64,000 nucleotides of DNA from Lama glama (lineage: Eukaryota): positions 4,404,001 through 4,468,000 of the forward strand of contig CM052816.1 in NCBI GenBank assembly GCA_028534125.1, written 5' to 3'. Shown one piece after another: positions 47,664 through 60,320 of this stretch. Both the position numbers and the translations under genes were made by a program. The notes beneath the pieces were generated by a model. That model saw only the letters and a list, made by a program, of their open reading frames with translations. It did not search any database and had not been told where the DNA came from. Within the stretch, counting starts at the first letter, position 1. Each line of letters begins with the position of its first letter.

Positions 47664-48364
47664 AAAAGTGGATGCAGTCAGTGGCCTGGGAAAACTAGAT
47701 GATTCCAAAGCAGTGGTGGCCTTGGAGGTCAGTGAGTCAGTAGAAGTTGACAGTAGTGTAGGCAGTGGAAAGACATAAAACTTGGCAGCTAAATAAATAA
47801 TAATGATCAATGGAAAAGAAGGGTGTCGAAAGCAGAGCACACTAGAGAACAGGGCGCACCAATAAATGTGACATGTATTCAGATATACAAGCCCATGGAT
47901 ATACCAGCAGAGGTTTAGGAACAATAATACATCCATGAGTAGTCACTGTATGTCTCACTCATCTCTACTCCTTTCTTTTCAAAGGAAAAACAGTGTTACC
48001 TACTGGGGCAAAATTTGAGTCCCCATTCCTGTGGAGCTCCTGGACAGTGAGAAATAACAGAATCCAGAAAAGTTCAGAGGGAGAAGGAAAAGGGAAGAGA
48101 AAGGAGAAAAGAAAAGAGAAGAATCAAGAAAAGCTTTTCAGGTAGGATGTTGGTGGAAACTTGGGGGAGACTGGAAGTGGTAAAATATGGTAGTAAAAAG
48201 AACACTTCATTGGGCAGCACTTGCCAACCACATGGAGAACTGAGAGAGGCATCAAGGAAAAGACTGTAAAAATGTTTTCTGTGACTTGGGAATACACATA
48301 CCCTTTAGTAACTTTTACCTGGAAGGTAAAAGATTTATATTAAAGATTCAGATTAATTTTATTT

Positions 48365-49090
48365 GTTTATTTTCAGATATTGTATCATTTGTTTTAGGTT
48401 TTCCATTTGTCTCTTTATTATATTATCTGTTTATCTGCTAAGATCATCTATTTTCTTATTCATGATCATATTTTCCTGTACCTCATTAATAATACTTATA
48501 ATAGCTACTTTAAAATTCTGTCTGCTAATTTTGATATCTGACATATCTTGGGGTTAGCTTCTGTTGACTGTTATTTCTCTTGAAAACTGGTCACATGTTT
48601 ATATTCTTTGTATGTCAAGTAATTTTGGACTGTATTCTGGGCATTGCAATGTTATGTCATAGAGACTGAATTCTGTTACATTGCTCCCCAAATTGTTAAC
48701 ATTTTTGGTTTGTTTAAGGAGACAATGAACTTGGTTGGAATCCTACTTCAAAGTGTGCCTGATGGGCAGCAGCTCAAATTTATTTAGATCTTTTATTGCT
48801 TAGCTGAGTAATTTGTACTCCAAGCGTAGTTTGCAGACCTGCAGTTTCTGTCAAAGGTTTAGATGCCACATGGAACCTACTTTGCATGCCCCCAGACTAG
48901 AATTCATTTTAATAGAAAATTTATCCTATGCTAGTCCTTTTTTCTAAGATTCTATCACTCTCTGGAATCTGCCTGCTTTTGCTCATTCTCAGATGCTTCA
49001 AGTGGTTGTTTTTTCATATTTTGTCCAGAATTTATAGTGACTATCTACAGCAGAAGAGATCTCTTAGGAGCATACTTCATCATAATTATT
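48365..49090 (-). mobile_element. Ancient L1 5'-region fragment (L1ME/L1M-type)
   Basis: 'ttttcagatattgta...tttccatttg','cttataatagctactttaaaattctgtctgctaatt','tattttgtccagaatttatagt'. Confidence 0.6.
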
Positions 49091-50431
49091 TTTGATTATT
49101 GGATTTTGTTTCTCTGCATCTGAAACCACACTTGGATTAGTCCTTATGGGCTGGGATTTTTTTTTTCCTAGTAAGTACCCAGACACAGCCTTCAATTTAC
49201 AGTAGGTGAAAATTTAAACCTGTATTTATGATTGAGGCTCACAAATGTTTCTTAAAATACATGAGATATTCTAGTTATAATGGAAATAGAAACATAATCC
49301 TAATTGATGAATTTACTGATGGAATTTTTTTTTAAAGTAAGAGTTGAAATATTATTTGGGCACCAACCAAGTCTCAGACACTGTACTAGACACCTAGCGA
49401 GGCACTTTATTATGTCATTATGCTGTGAACAATAAACTGGGTCATTATGGTCATATCTGACAGCCTAATAGAATGACTCTTTTTTAAAAAAAATACTACA
49501 CAAATTCATAGCACTTACATATTTTTCAATACAATGGTTTTTCACTTCCGTTTATATATTTAAAAAAATTATATGTAAGTCTTAAACACTCAGTACAACA
49601 TTCTAAACAAAACAACGTGTGATGACAACTGTCAAGTTACATTCCAAATACAAAAAGTAGAATATCAGAATCACATTTTTTAAGAGTATGCTGATTATTA
49701 TCAAAGGGAATGTTGCCAGTGCAAAGAGACCTTAGAGTATCATGCTCTGTACCCAAACCGTTTGCTAACAATCATATTGATAATTTGGTTATCAGGAAGC
49801 AATGTTTGAAGCATTTTACATCTTAAATGATAATCTGTTATGTGTGTGTGCGTTTAAATTGTGTTTTAGGAAATTAGTTGGGGATTTGGGGTTGATGAAT
49901 AATGCATTATAACTTTTTCCATTTAAAATAACAGGAAGTAGGCATCTTGGGTGAGTGTTTTTGTATAGATATCCGATTTTTCAAGAATAGATTACTGATG
50001 TTAAGCAGGAGATGCCTGTAATTATATCTTATATGGCTGTGCAGGCATAATAAATACTACAGGAAAACATTTTCCATTTCCCAAATGTATTCCATAAAAC
50101 ATGTGCGGGATATTAATAGGTATCCCTAAACACCACCCCATCACCCTGTTGTTGAAGAAGCCCTAAACTGAGGTATGAATACAAATGCAAACATTTCTGA
50201 CAAAAAGGCTAAGCGTTCTGTTTAGTACCACAAACTACTTTCGTGAACAAGGTGACGTCAAGGTTGTAAACTTGAGGGGCCGTATACAGACACACACACA
50301 CATCAGATTGAGTCACATGTGACCTGCGCATACATAGCTAGACTGACATGCATCTAAGTCACATGTGGGCTGCATTTAGCTTGTAGACATATTCTCTAAG
50401 GCCTGCACAGTGTTCTTAAAATGTCCTTCCA

Positions 50432-50670
50432 TAGATAAACAAGATTATACTGTATAGCACAGGGAAATACATACAAGATCTAGTGGTAGCTCACAGTGAA
50501 AAAAAAAATGTGACAATGAATATATGTATGTTCATGCAGAACTGAAAAATTGTGCTCTACACTGGAAATTGACACAACGTTGTAAACTGACTATAACTCA
50601 ATAAAAAAGTTAAAAATTAATTAAAGCTCAAAAAATTGTAAAAGATAACAGGCAAAATAAAATAAAATAA

Positions 50671-50717
<47 letters not shown>

Positions 50718-50745
50718 AATAAAATAAAATAAAATAAAATAAAAT
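50432..50745 (+). mobile_element. Young camelid-type L1 3' end with extra 3' segment and (AAAT/AAAAT)n tail
   Basis: 'gattatactgtatagcacagggaaatacatacaagatct..gtggtagctcacag...gtaaactgactataactcaataaaaaagtt'; TSD aaaatgtccttcca (50418-50431) / aaaatatccttcca (50746-50759). Confidence 0.9.
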
Positions 50746-50750
50746 AAAAT
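50654..50750. repeat. (AAAT)n/(AAAAT)n compound microsatellite derived from the poly-A tail
   Basis: Visible directly. Confidence 0.95.
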
Positions 50751-51005
50751 ATCCTTCCAGTCTCCTCTGTCCCAAACTGGCTGACTGAATTTATGCCATC
50801 TGTCTGGACCCTGTAGGTGTCTGAGTCTGGAACCGAGATGTAGGACTTGGCAGTGGAAAGATGGGGCTGAGAGTACCACCACAAATTGCAGGGAGGCAAG
50901 GATGGTGGCTCCCCTTTTGGCCCTGAATAATCAGCTGTGTTCTCCTGCTGCTGTTTCACAGACTTCCCTTCCCCAAACACTTCCTACCTGTTAGAAGGGT
51001 GTTCT

Positions 51006-51745
51006 CGTTAATACATACGCATGCAATATAGGAGCACCTGAGTACATAAAACAACTACTAACGGAGATAAAGGGGGATACTGATGGAAATACAATCATTG
51101 TGGAGATTTTAACACCTCATTAACATCACGGGACAGATCTTCCAGACAGAAAATAAACAAGGCAATAGAGAAATTAAATGATACAATAGAAAAATTAAAT
51201 TTGGTGGATATTTTCAGAGCATGACACCCACCCAAGAATAGGATATACATTCTTTTCAAGTGCACATGGAATATCTTCTAGGATAGATCATGTACTTGGG
51301 CATAATAGAAGCCCCAACAGTTTTAATAAGATAGAAATTATCTCAAGCATCTTTACTGACCACAATGCCATGAAACTAGAAATCAACTACAGAGACACAA
51401 AGGAGAAAAAAAGGAAAGCATGGAGATCAAACAACATGCTATTTAAAAAACCAATGGGTCGATGATGAAATCAAAGTTGAAATTAAAAAATACCTTGAGA
51501 CAAATGAAAATGAAAACACAACCACACAGAATGTATGGGATGCAGAAAAGGCAGTGCTAAGAGGGAAGTTTATATTGATACAGGCCTTCCTCAAAATAGA
51601 AGAACAATCTCAAATAAACAATCTAACCCACCAGCTAAAAGAATTAGAAAAAGAAGAGCAAAAAAACCCAAAAGTCAGCAGAAGGACGGAAATAATAAAG
51701 ATCAGAGAGGAAATATACAAAATAGAGATTAAAAAAAAACAATAC
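51006..51745 (+). mobile_element. Relatively young L1 internal ORF2 fragment (endonuclease C-half and linker)
   Basis: ORF 51554-51832 '[53 protein letters not shown]'; GDFNT and DH motifs upstream. Confidence 0.92.
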
Positions 51746-53709
51746 GGTGTTCTTCTCTTTTACTGTGTGATGAAGTATTTTCCAAAACAGAATGAATATA
51801 AAATAAAAAGATTAAGTTGTGTATTCAAATAGCAAGGGAATAGGATTAAAAAAAAAAAAAAAAACAAGCGACAACTAAAAAAGCAACTGGTTCTTTCTGG
51901 CCTTCCCATCTTTTCGTGACCCTGTCAAACATAAACAAACTCCCACGAAGTTCCTGTTAAAAATATAAAAAAGAGAAAGATGCAGGCTTCTCTTAAGGCA
52001 GCAATTGAAGTGTAAAATAATTTATTTTAATAACACCTTCCCCTGAGGCTGTTGAAGATGCACTTGGAAGTATACTCCTGGGACGTCTGCCCCAAGATGG
52101 TATTGACGGCCACATAGCCTATAACAGAAATAAGGAACCACGCGCATCCTCCTCAGAGGATTGGGACACAGTCTATAGCATGAACAATACTGGAATAGCC
52201 AACCTTGGACCAATAATATTTACAATCATAAATTGCAGGATTAAGGGGCAGACTGGTTAGTAATACTGTAAGGTAGCCAGTTTACTCCGAAAGTCAGTGC
52301 TGGAATGAGGAATCTGAAGGTAGCATAATTTACATTCATTATGACAATGTACATAAAAGTAGTTAAGTATTTTGATCCATTATCTCATTTAAATGACCTG
52401 TTCTGTCTCCTAATTGCCACAGTCTTTCCCATGTAAAAATGCCTATAAGTATATACAAAGACATTCCTCCCGGTGCTCTTTATAACAGAAAATAACTGAA
52501 AATAACCTAATTATTCAACTTTAGGAAAATGAGCATGTTATGATATAGACATATAACGTGGTCAGGTGATGACAATGATGTTTTCAAGTATTTTTTTGTT
52601 TTGTTTTTGGAATAGGATGGTAAAGTTCTTATGAAATGATGCTCATAACAATATAAAGTGCATTAGAAATTTAATAAAACATACCAATGTGCAGAATCTT
52701 GTAAGCAAGAAGGAGTTTGGAATTTATTCTAGGTACGAGTAGAAACCACTGAAGTGTTTTAGGCAGCGGAATGACATGACTAGATTTGCATTTTAAAACA
52801 ATTTCTCTCTCTTCTCTATAGTCTTTGGTTCCTTCCAGATTTTCTATAATAAAATGTGATGCTTTTAATTTTTAACAGTTAAAAACAAAACAGGCTGAGA
52901 AATAAACTTCTATTCCTTGCTTTGCAATCTATTTGACATATCTCTAAAAGAAGCCCAAAGCAGGGAACAAATATTTAAGGTCCAACCTCAAGACCTTTAA
53001 AGGAAGACAAGGCAAGGAGGCTCAAACAACCCCTGGCTTGTGCCCTTTAACTCAAGAGTATAAGGTTATTTTTATGGTGCAGACAAATGGACCCACATGC
53101 TTGTAAGTTACAGCTTGCTTGTAAGTTGCAGTTCAGAAGAATGGTAAATACACTCCTCTCTGTGGAAACGCTGCTCTAATGAGAAGATGGGAAGAGACAG
53201 CTGACCTCCATCAACTCGATCTCCTTTTCTGGAGCAACTAGTGTCATGCAGTGACCCTTGTCCTTCTAGGAGACAAAGTCCCAGTGTCTGCCACGTCCAT
53301 TCAAAGTTGAAAGCTCTGGGATATGGTACGTGGTGAGAAGCCATTGGCAACTCCCCCAGGACCAGCCAGTTCTACACACGGAGTAGGTGAGGGCTGCCTG
53401 TGTGTGGCACTTGGGTGTGGGGAATGACACATATGCCAGAATCCCCTTGGCCCTCCTGCCACTGTTAACACACTTTGTCCTTATGGAGTAGGTTGTGCTT
53501 CTCTGTATGACTGTTTCCAAAACGTGTGTATACTCAGATTAGAGCTAGCTGATACTGGGTCCCGAGATAATAGCTGTTAAGGGGGATAGTTTTTAGCATG
53601 AGGCATTACCAAAAGAGGGCAAACCTACATCAGAATCTTTCAGCACACAGGGACCAGTGGGAAGTGAAAGCAAAGTTGCAAGAAATCACTGAAATTTGAC
53701 AACATTGGG

Positions 53710-53920
53710 CCCAGTGGCAAGAACTACAGGGAAAAAGCTCAGAATTTGCTGCTGGCTTTCTTTCGTGCTCATTCTACGACCTTGGCCAAGGCATGCAGCC
53801 TCACTAGCCCTAGTTTCAACAGGTATAAAACAAGGATGGTAATAACCACCTCCTAGGATCGGTGCGATGATTCAAAACTACAATCTTCAAAACATCTCAG
53901 GCTGTGCATGATATATAGGG
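53710..53920 (+). mobile_element. MIR SINE, decayed
   Basis: 'gaccttggccaagg...cctcactagccctagtttc...gtataaaacaaggatggtaataaccacctc'. Confidence 0.55.
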
Positions 53921-55614
53921 GGCTGGGGGCTTTACACAATGCAGTCCCCAAACCATAAATGCAGCGCCATTTTCTCTTTTCACAGTAAGATCACTGAGAG
54001 CTGGGGTTCTTGTTCACTCAATGGGATTCCCACAGTTTCGCCACTGCTATTATAGCCCAAAGAAAGGAAAAATGCATTTTCCAAATGACCCCTACCTAAA
54101 TCTTCAGATCCTGAATCCGGAGAAGAACACAATTATGTTCCCTAGCATTACAAAGACAGGGAAGTATATTCATACATTTTGGGGAGTTTTTTCAATAAAA
54201 GCTGAAGAGGAAGAGTCTATTTAAACCCTCAATCAAGAAGTAAAATAACTCGAACACCATTCTTTAGTTAAGTGAGATTTTACTACACTTAGCAGTTAAA
54301 TACACTGGGTTGTCAGTGCATAAGACTCCATAAACTTTCTATACTACATTGATCTTCTTTTTCCTTATGTGGGGAGAGGGAAGGAGGAAAGGGTTACCTT
54401 AGACGTAGAAGGTTGAGCCTACCAAATTCCTTAGCTTCTATCATATATGATCTATTTCCAAGTGATATATGACCCTTCCCTTGCTTTCTCCTTCTGGGCT
54501 TGCTAATTATGATTTTTCAAATCTTTTCAATAAAATGCAGTTTTTGATATTCCATCCCTATCCACCAACCCCCCACACACGTATACACACATACGTTCAT
54601 GCACTCTTCCCCGGAGCACAAGATTCTCAATCAATATTTTAGTTGTGCCTTTGAAGTCAGGATGGAGCGATTACCCTATAAGCTTAAATTTAAAGAAGCA
54701 CAAAACTGCAATGGTAGTGGAATCTGGATGAAATGTGGTTAAGATCCTTATTTCAAGCAACACTTACTTCTCAGCTGGAGCCAACATTTCAATGAAAGCT
54801 GTTTCAGGATTCTCCTTCTACGGCTGGATTCCTGTCACTTACGTGGCCAGTGTTCCAGACACAGAGAAGGAAGGCTCCAAGGTCTGTGCAAATCCTTGCA
54901 TCTGAAGCAGAAAACACAGAGTGGAGAGAACGCATGAGAGAGGACACCGATTTGGGAATCCCGTGTCGGCTGACTCGTCAGATGCCTGAGTTTCATGTTT
55001 GCTGACTACAGAAAGGAAGTTTAGCAAAAGAAGCCGGCTTGTGTGACTATTTTCTCCATATTGTACCAACCATCTGCTACTATCAGAGAAGTTCTTATTA
55101 AGGAGAGAAAATTCCCCAGGTGTGACTCTGGACAGTCTGCTGGCCAGCCCACCTTATGGCACTGCTGGCTTGTGTCCTCATGGCCCAGTAATCACTCCTG
55201 ATTTGCATCAGCCCATTCCATTTAGTTGAGGTACATGCCAGAGGTATATGGATGATAGAAGGGACTTGTTTTCCTAGAGGATCAAGTTTACTTGGATTTG
55301 CGGGGCGGAGGATAAGAAAGGGGGTAGACGGAAAAAAATCTATTTTATATTACACGGAACAGTATGTGATTGAGCAAAATGCAAAAATCTCATGAATTTT
55401 TACCATAAAAAAATAGATCACTACATTTTCACTCTTTTCTGCCATAGGGAAACTGAGTGAAGGCAGGAGTTCAGAAACAAATGGCAACATGAGGCAATGT
55501 AGGGAAGAGAACTGGGTTGGGAGTAGGTGTAAGCCAATGCTAGTCCTGGATTGGAAGCTCCCTTGCTGGGTGATCTGGGACAAGTGCCTTTCCATCACTG
55601 GGGGATCATTTCAC

Positions 55615-57125
55615 CTTACCATAAAGCTATAATAATTAAAACAACATAGTATTTGGTATAAAGATAGACATATAGAAAAAAATATGAAAACCAATATATG
55701 TATGTACATGCATGACTTGGACATTGTGTGTATACCAGAAATTGACACATTGTAATTGACTGTACTTCAATTTTTAAAAATGCCTTAGTCATAAAAAAAG
55801 ACATATAGATTAATGGAAGAGAACAGATATTCCAGAAATAGGCCCATACTTAACATGATCAATCAATCTGCAACAAAATTACCAAAGAATTCAGTAGGTA
55901 AGGGATAATCTTTTTCAACAAATGGTGTTGGAACTATTGAGCATGTAAAATAATGAACCTTAGCCCTCAGTTCATGCCACATGAAAGAAATTAATTTGAA
56001 GTGGATGATAGACTTACACGTAAAATTTAAAGCTCTAACATTTATAGAAGAAAACTTGGAAGAAAATATAAGCAGCCTTAGGTTAAGTGAATATTTTTTA
56101 ATAGGTAACAAAAAGCACAAAGAGATCAGACATGAACATACTGACAAATTGGACATCATCAAAAGTAAAAGTGTCCCTCTTTAAAAGACACTAAAGAAAT
56201 TGAAAAATAATTTCAAAACAGACATCTGATAAAGGACCTATTTCCAGAATATATAAAAATACTTTTATAACTCAGTAAGAAACAAAACAGGACAGCTTTT
56301 TAAAAATAGCCAAAAAGACTTGAACACCTCACCAAAGGTACACAGATGGCACATAAGTTTACAAAATATGCTGAACACATCAGTTATCAGGGAAATGCAA
56401 ATTAAAAGCACAGAATACTACTACACACCCTCTTAGAATAGCTACGGTTGAAAAGACTGATCATGACAGTGTTGGTGAAGATGTAGGACAACTGGAAAAC
56501 TCATATACTTCTAATGAGAATGCAGGCACGGTACAGCTGCTGGAATATGGTCTGGCCATTTTAAAATAGTTAAATAGATACTTATCATATAACCCAGCAA
56601 TCCTACTCCAAATTTACCCAAGAGAAATGAAAAAGATATACCTGCACAAAAATTTGCATGTTTATACTTAGCAACTTTATGGCCCCAAACTGGAAACAAT
56701 CTGAATGCCTCTCAGCTGGTGACGGGGTAACAAGTTGATGTATGCACACATACTACTACTCGGTGATAAAGACGAATGATTCACACCACAACACAGGTGA
56801 ACATCAAACACGTTCTGCTAAGGGAAAGAGACTGGACATAAAAGACAGAATACTGTATCATTCCACTTACGTGGAATCCTAGAAAAGACAAAACCATAGG
56901 GATGGAAAACAAGAGTAACAGAAGTCTGTGGTTGCCAAGGGCAGGAGACTGGTAGAGGAAATTAACTGCACAAAGAACTTTTTGAGAGTAAAGGAAATAC
57001 TGTACCTCATACCTTGATTGTGTTGGTGGTTGTAGTTCTACATAGATTTGTTGAAAGTCATCAAATTGCACATTTAAAGTTGGTTGATTTGACTGTATTT
57101 AAATTGCATCTCAATAAAGCTTTTT
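55615..57125 (+). mobile_element. Old L1 (L1MC/L1MD-like) 3' region
   Basis: ORF 55981-56184 'INLKWMIDLHVKFKALTFIEENLEENI..L.L...FL' is L1 ORF2; 3'UTR ends 'aaattgcatctcaataaagc'. Confidence 0.88.
55677..55798 (+). mobile_element. Camelid-type L1 3' terminal fragment nested in the older L1
   Basis: 'catgcatgacttggacattg...ccagaaattgacacattgtaattgactgtacttcaa' (same family as 43107-43280); TSD agacatataga (55666-55676 / 55799-55809). Confidence 0.85.
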
Positions 57126-57444
57126 TTTTTAAGGGGGTTGGATTGTAGAGCTTCTAATAACCCTTCAATCCATAAAGTATGATTCTTAGGGAACACAAAT
57201 CTTCAATAATGGGCCAGACTTTTTGCCCAAGAGGAGGATATCACCTCCACTGTAATGGATAGTAAACAAAAAAACCCATCTTCTGCTCCTGAGCGGAAAA
57301 CAGTCTCCACCTTTCAAGGCTCTTTGCTCTACAGACATCTTTGAAAAGATGGTCTGGAGCAAAGGCAGTCAGTTCTGTTCACAAGACACCAAGAAACCCG
57401 AGATGGGATGGAGAACTGTCTTTCACTCATGCTTCCACAGTTAG

Positions 57445-57620
57445 AGTGGAGTCAGAACATCTGAGTTCAAAACAGGCGAAGCTACCAACTAGCTGGACAA
57501 ACTATTTTACGCCCTGCGGGCTTCAGCTTCCTTATCTGTTAGATTAGGATCATAATCACTGACTTAAAGTAACTGGCGAGTCAAGAAAGGTACTTTCTCT
57601 AAGTACTTTTCAAGCTCTAA
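57445..57620 (+). mobile_element. MIR SINE
   Basis: 'ggagtcagaacatctgagttcaaa...ggacaaactatttt...gggcttcagcttccttatctg'. Confidence 0.65.
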
Positions 57621-58009
57621 GAACTGGATAACTACTCCACTATGTACTTTTAATGCCATTTCATTCTCGTCAGGTTGGTTGCCAGCTCCTTCCACCTCTT
57701 CATTTCCCTTTAATGCACTTAACACCAAACTGCACAGATAATAGGTATTCAATTAACCCTGGATGGCTGCCTAGTTTGAACACCTAGGAACAACTCAATG
57801 TTCTCTCCAATTTCCCCTTAAAAATTCCATAGCTCCCCTTTTGCTTTTTTCTCTTCTGGCCACCCCTTCCCAGTCATCCTTAAAATGAAACAAAACAAAA
57901 CAAAACCTAGTCTACTTTCCTAAAAAGGGCATTTTAAATGCTATTCCAGCACCTAATGGATGGATCCTTCTCTCTATGACAAGCCCTTAGCAAATAAAGA
58001 GCTAAGATG

Positions 58010-58432
58010 GTCGAATATCATATGATATTACTTACTTGTAAAATCTAAAAAAAAGACACTAATGAACTTACTTATAAAACAGAAGGAGACTCACAGAGGT
58101 AGAAAACCAACTTATGGCTACCAAAGGAGAAAAGTTGGGGGGTGGACAAATTAGGAGTTTGGGATTAGCAGATACAAACTACTATATACAGAATAGATAA
58201 AGAAGGCCCTACTGTACAACACAGGGAACTATATCCAACATCTTGCAAAGAAAAAGAATATCTACATATATATATATATACACACATATATATGTGTGTG
58301 TGTGTATTTATATATATATACATATATATATGTATGTATGTGTATATATATATATATATCTCACTGAATCATTGTGATGTACACCAGAAAGTAACACAAC
58401 ATTGTAAATCAACTATACTTCAATTAAAAAAG
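58010..58432 (+). mobile_element. Cetartiodactyl L1 3' end with internal (TA/TG) microsatellite
   Basis: 'aatgaacttacttataaaacagaa..agactcacaga...aaattaggagtttgggattagcagatacaaactacta...aatcaactatacttcaattaaaaaa'; TSD gctaagatg (58001-58009 / 58441-58449). Confidence 0.92.
58264..58359. repeat. Compound (TA)n/(CA)n/(TG)n microsatellite
   Basis: Visible directly. Confidence 0.95.
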
Positions 58433-59989
58433 GGGGGGGGGCTAAGATGTTATAATATCCTCCGCATGCTCACCAGACCAGAAATGTGTTCCTTTGAATA
58501 GTCTGCACTTAGTGTAGTGTTCATGTTCAAAAGGGAACAAAAACGGAATATGGGAAATAGGAAAGAAAAAAATCACCTTTCATATAATTATCTTTTTTAA
58601 TGCTTCAATGGATCAACCCATGAAAGCAGTTTCTTCAGTGACTTCTCCCACACGAGTGACAGCAACGTGGAGTGTGGAAAGAGAGATGCGGACTGGGGCC
58701 ACCTACTGTGGGTGCAGTAACAGTGGAGGTCATGGTGAAGAGGGCAATGGGTGAGAGCGACTGAGAATACTGCAGATCACATCTCACTCAGACGGTAGCA
58801 CGTCAAGGGAAAAATGTAGACGATCAAGTCTATCCTTGAAAAATATCTCAGCAAAGGGCCACATTGGGTATCAAAGTATTATCTCTTAATAAGGCTTTTG
58901 TAATAAGCTTCTTAATAAGACTTACTACATTTATGTAGCTCAACTGAGCATCAAATGCTGTGCTTGGCTTGCTTATGGGTCATGTTGTTTTAAAAATATG
59001 CAGTTTTAAACTCTGTACTCTCCATAAGATGCTCACATTGGGAGCACATGAGCATATAAACTAATTGAACAAAAGCAGACTCTGGTGTGTCTCCCATCAC
59101 TCCTTCCTGACAGAGGTTAAAATGACAGGCAGAACTCTCTCGTTCACTCCTGCTCTCTCTTTCGGCAAAGACAAAATCTATCTAAGTTAAACAAGAATAT
59201 GAAGACACGGCGCTCTCCTTAAAAGATTTTAATTTCCTCTTTCAACTTTCCATTTCCATTTCTTGTTTGATTTACCTAAATTCTCAGGGAAAATACTGGA
59301 CACATCTACAGACAGCTTTTTCTCATAGAGGATAGATCTAAAATGGATACAAAAGAAGGTCATAATAAGTCTTTCCTTAGTTACATGATTAATGTACTCT
59401 GAGGCTTAGGAAAAAGCCAGTAATTGGGAAGGTTTAAGAGTACGCTGAGTGAATTCATTGCTGTCAGAGACAATTCACCATTTCACTGACGGAGCCAGCA
59501 GCAGCCCTTCCGAGAGCAAGAAATAGCCATAAATCTAAACAGGAAAATATCCGAGTTTTGCTACCGTGTCACATAAAATATCTCTTTTCAGAGCTAGAGG
59601 TATTTTTTAAAACTAAGTTAGAGCCATGGCTGTGAATAAAACCAGGCTTCTTCAAGAATGAGTAATAGAGACAACATTTTATAAGATGCCAAATTTGACC
59701 TTTCTTGGAAATTCTAATATCCAGCAAGAACTTGTCTTTGAGCTCATAAACATATAATTCGTTTGATTTTCTTCCAAATTTGCGCTAAGACTGCAGGCGG
59801 GGGGAGAGCAGTGGAACACTGTGCACTGGAGAGAAACAGAGAGGTTTCCTCGGACAGAGGGCATGATCGGAGGCCAGTGGACTGCAATGTCCCCAGAAGT
59901 GTGTTGGATTTAGGCAATGCAGTAGTGTTAAACAGAGTTTATAAAATGTCTGAATTAGTGGATAATTGGGGAAAAAAATGGAGGTTTTA

Positions 59990-60320
59990 CACTGAAAAAA
60001 AAAAAATCCAGAATTCCAGCTTCCCTGTAAAGAAAGGGGATGACTGGCAGTAATGGGTTGACACTTCTAGGCAATCATTGCTAGGGCTGAATGGAGACCG
60101 CCTGCCCCCTTAGCAGAATAGGCAATCTCCAGATGCCACAGTCTCCATCCCTCCTTGCTGTCTCTCAGACACTGAGGCCAGGTGTCAGCCGTCATTTTAT
60201 CTAATAGCACAGTTAGAAGGAAATCAAAGGTTCTACATGTATGTGTCTACTGAAGGTTTAGGAGAAAAAAGACAGTGAGCCCTGGTTCACACATGTGTGA
60301 ACATCTGAGTTTGTAATTGC
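59990..60320. mobile_element. hAT-Charlie (MER102/Charlie-like) fragment
   Basis: 'ttccagcttccctg...ctgccccct tag...ctccagatgccacagtctcca...gacactgaggcc..gtgtcagc..tcattttatc'. Confidence 0.5.

Noticed and set aside
49745..50020. Possible Tigger-like DNA transposon remnant ending 'gatgcctgta'
   Set aside because: I could not find a matching opposite TIR or assign a family with confidence.
50621..50980. Hydrophobic FYFIL/YLFI-repeat ORFs
   Set aside because: Translation of the (TTTA/TTTTA)n microsatellite.
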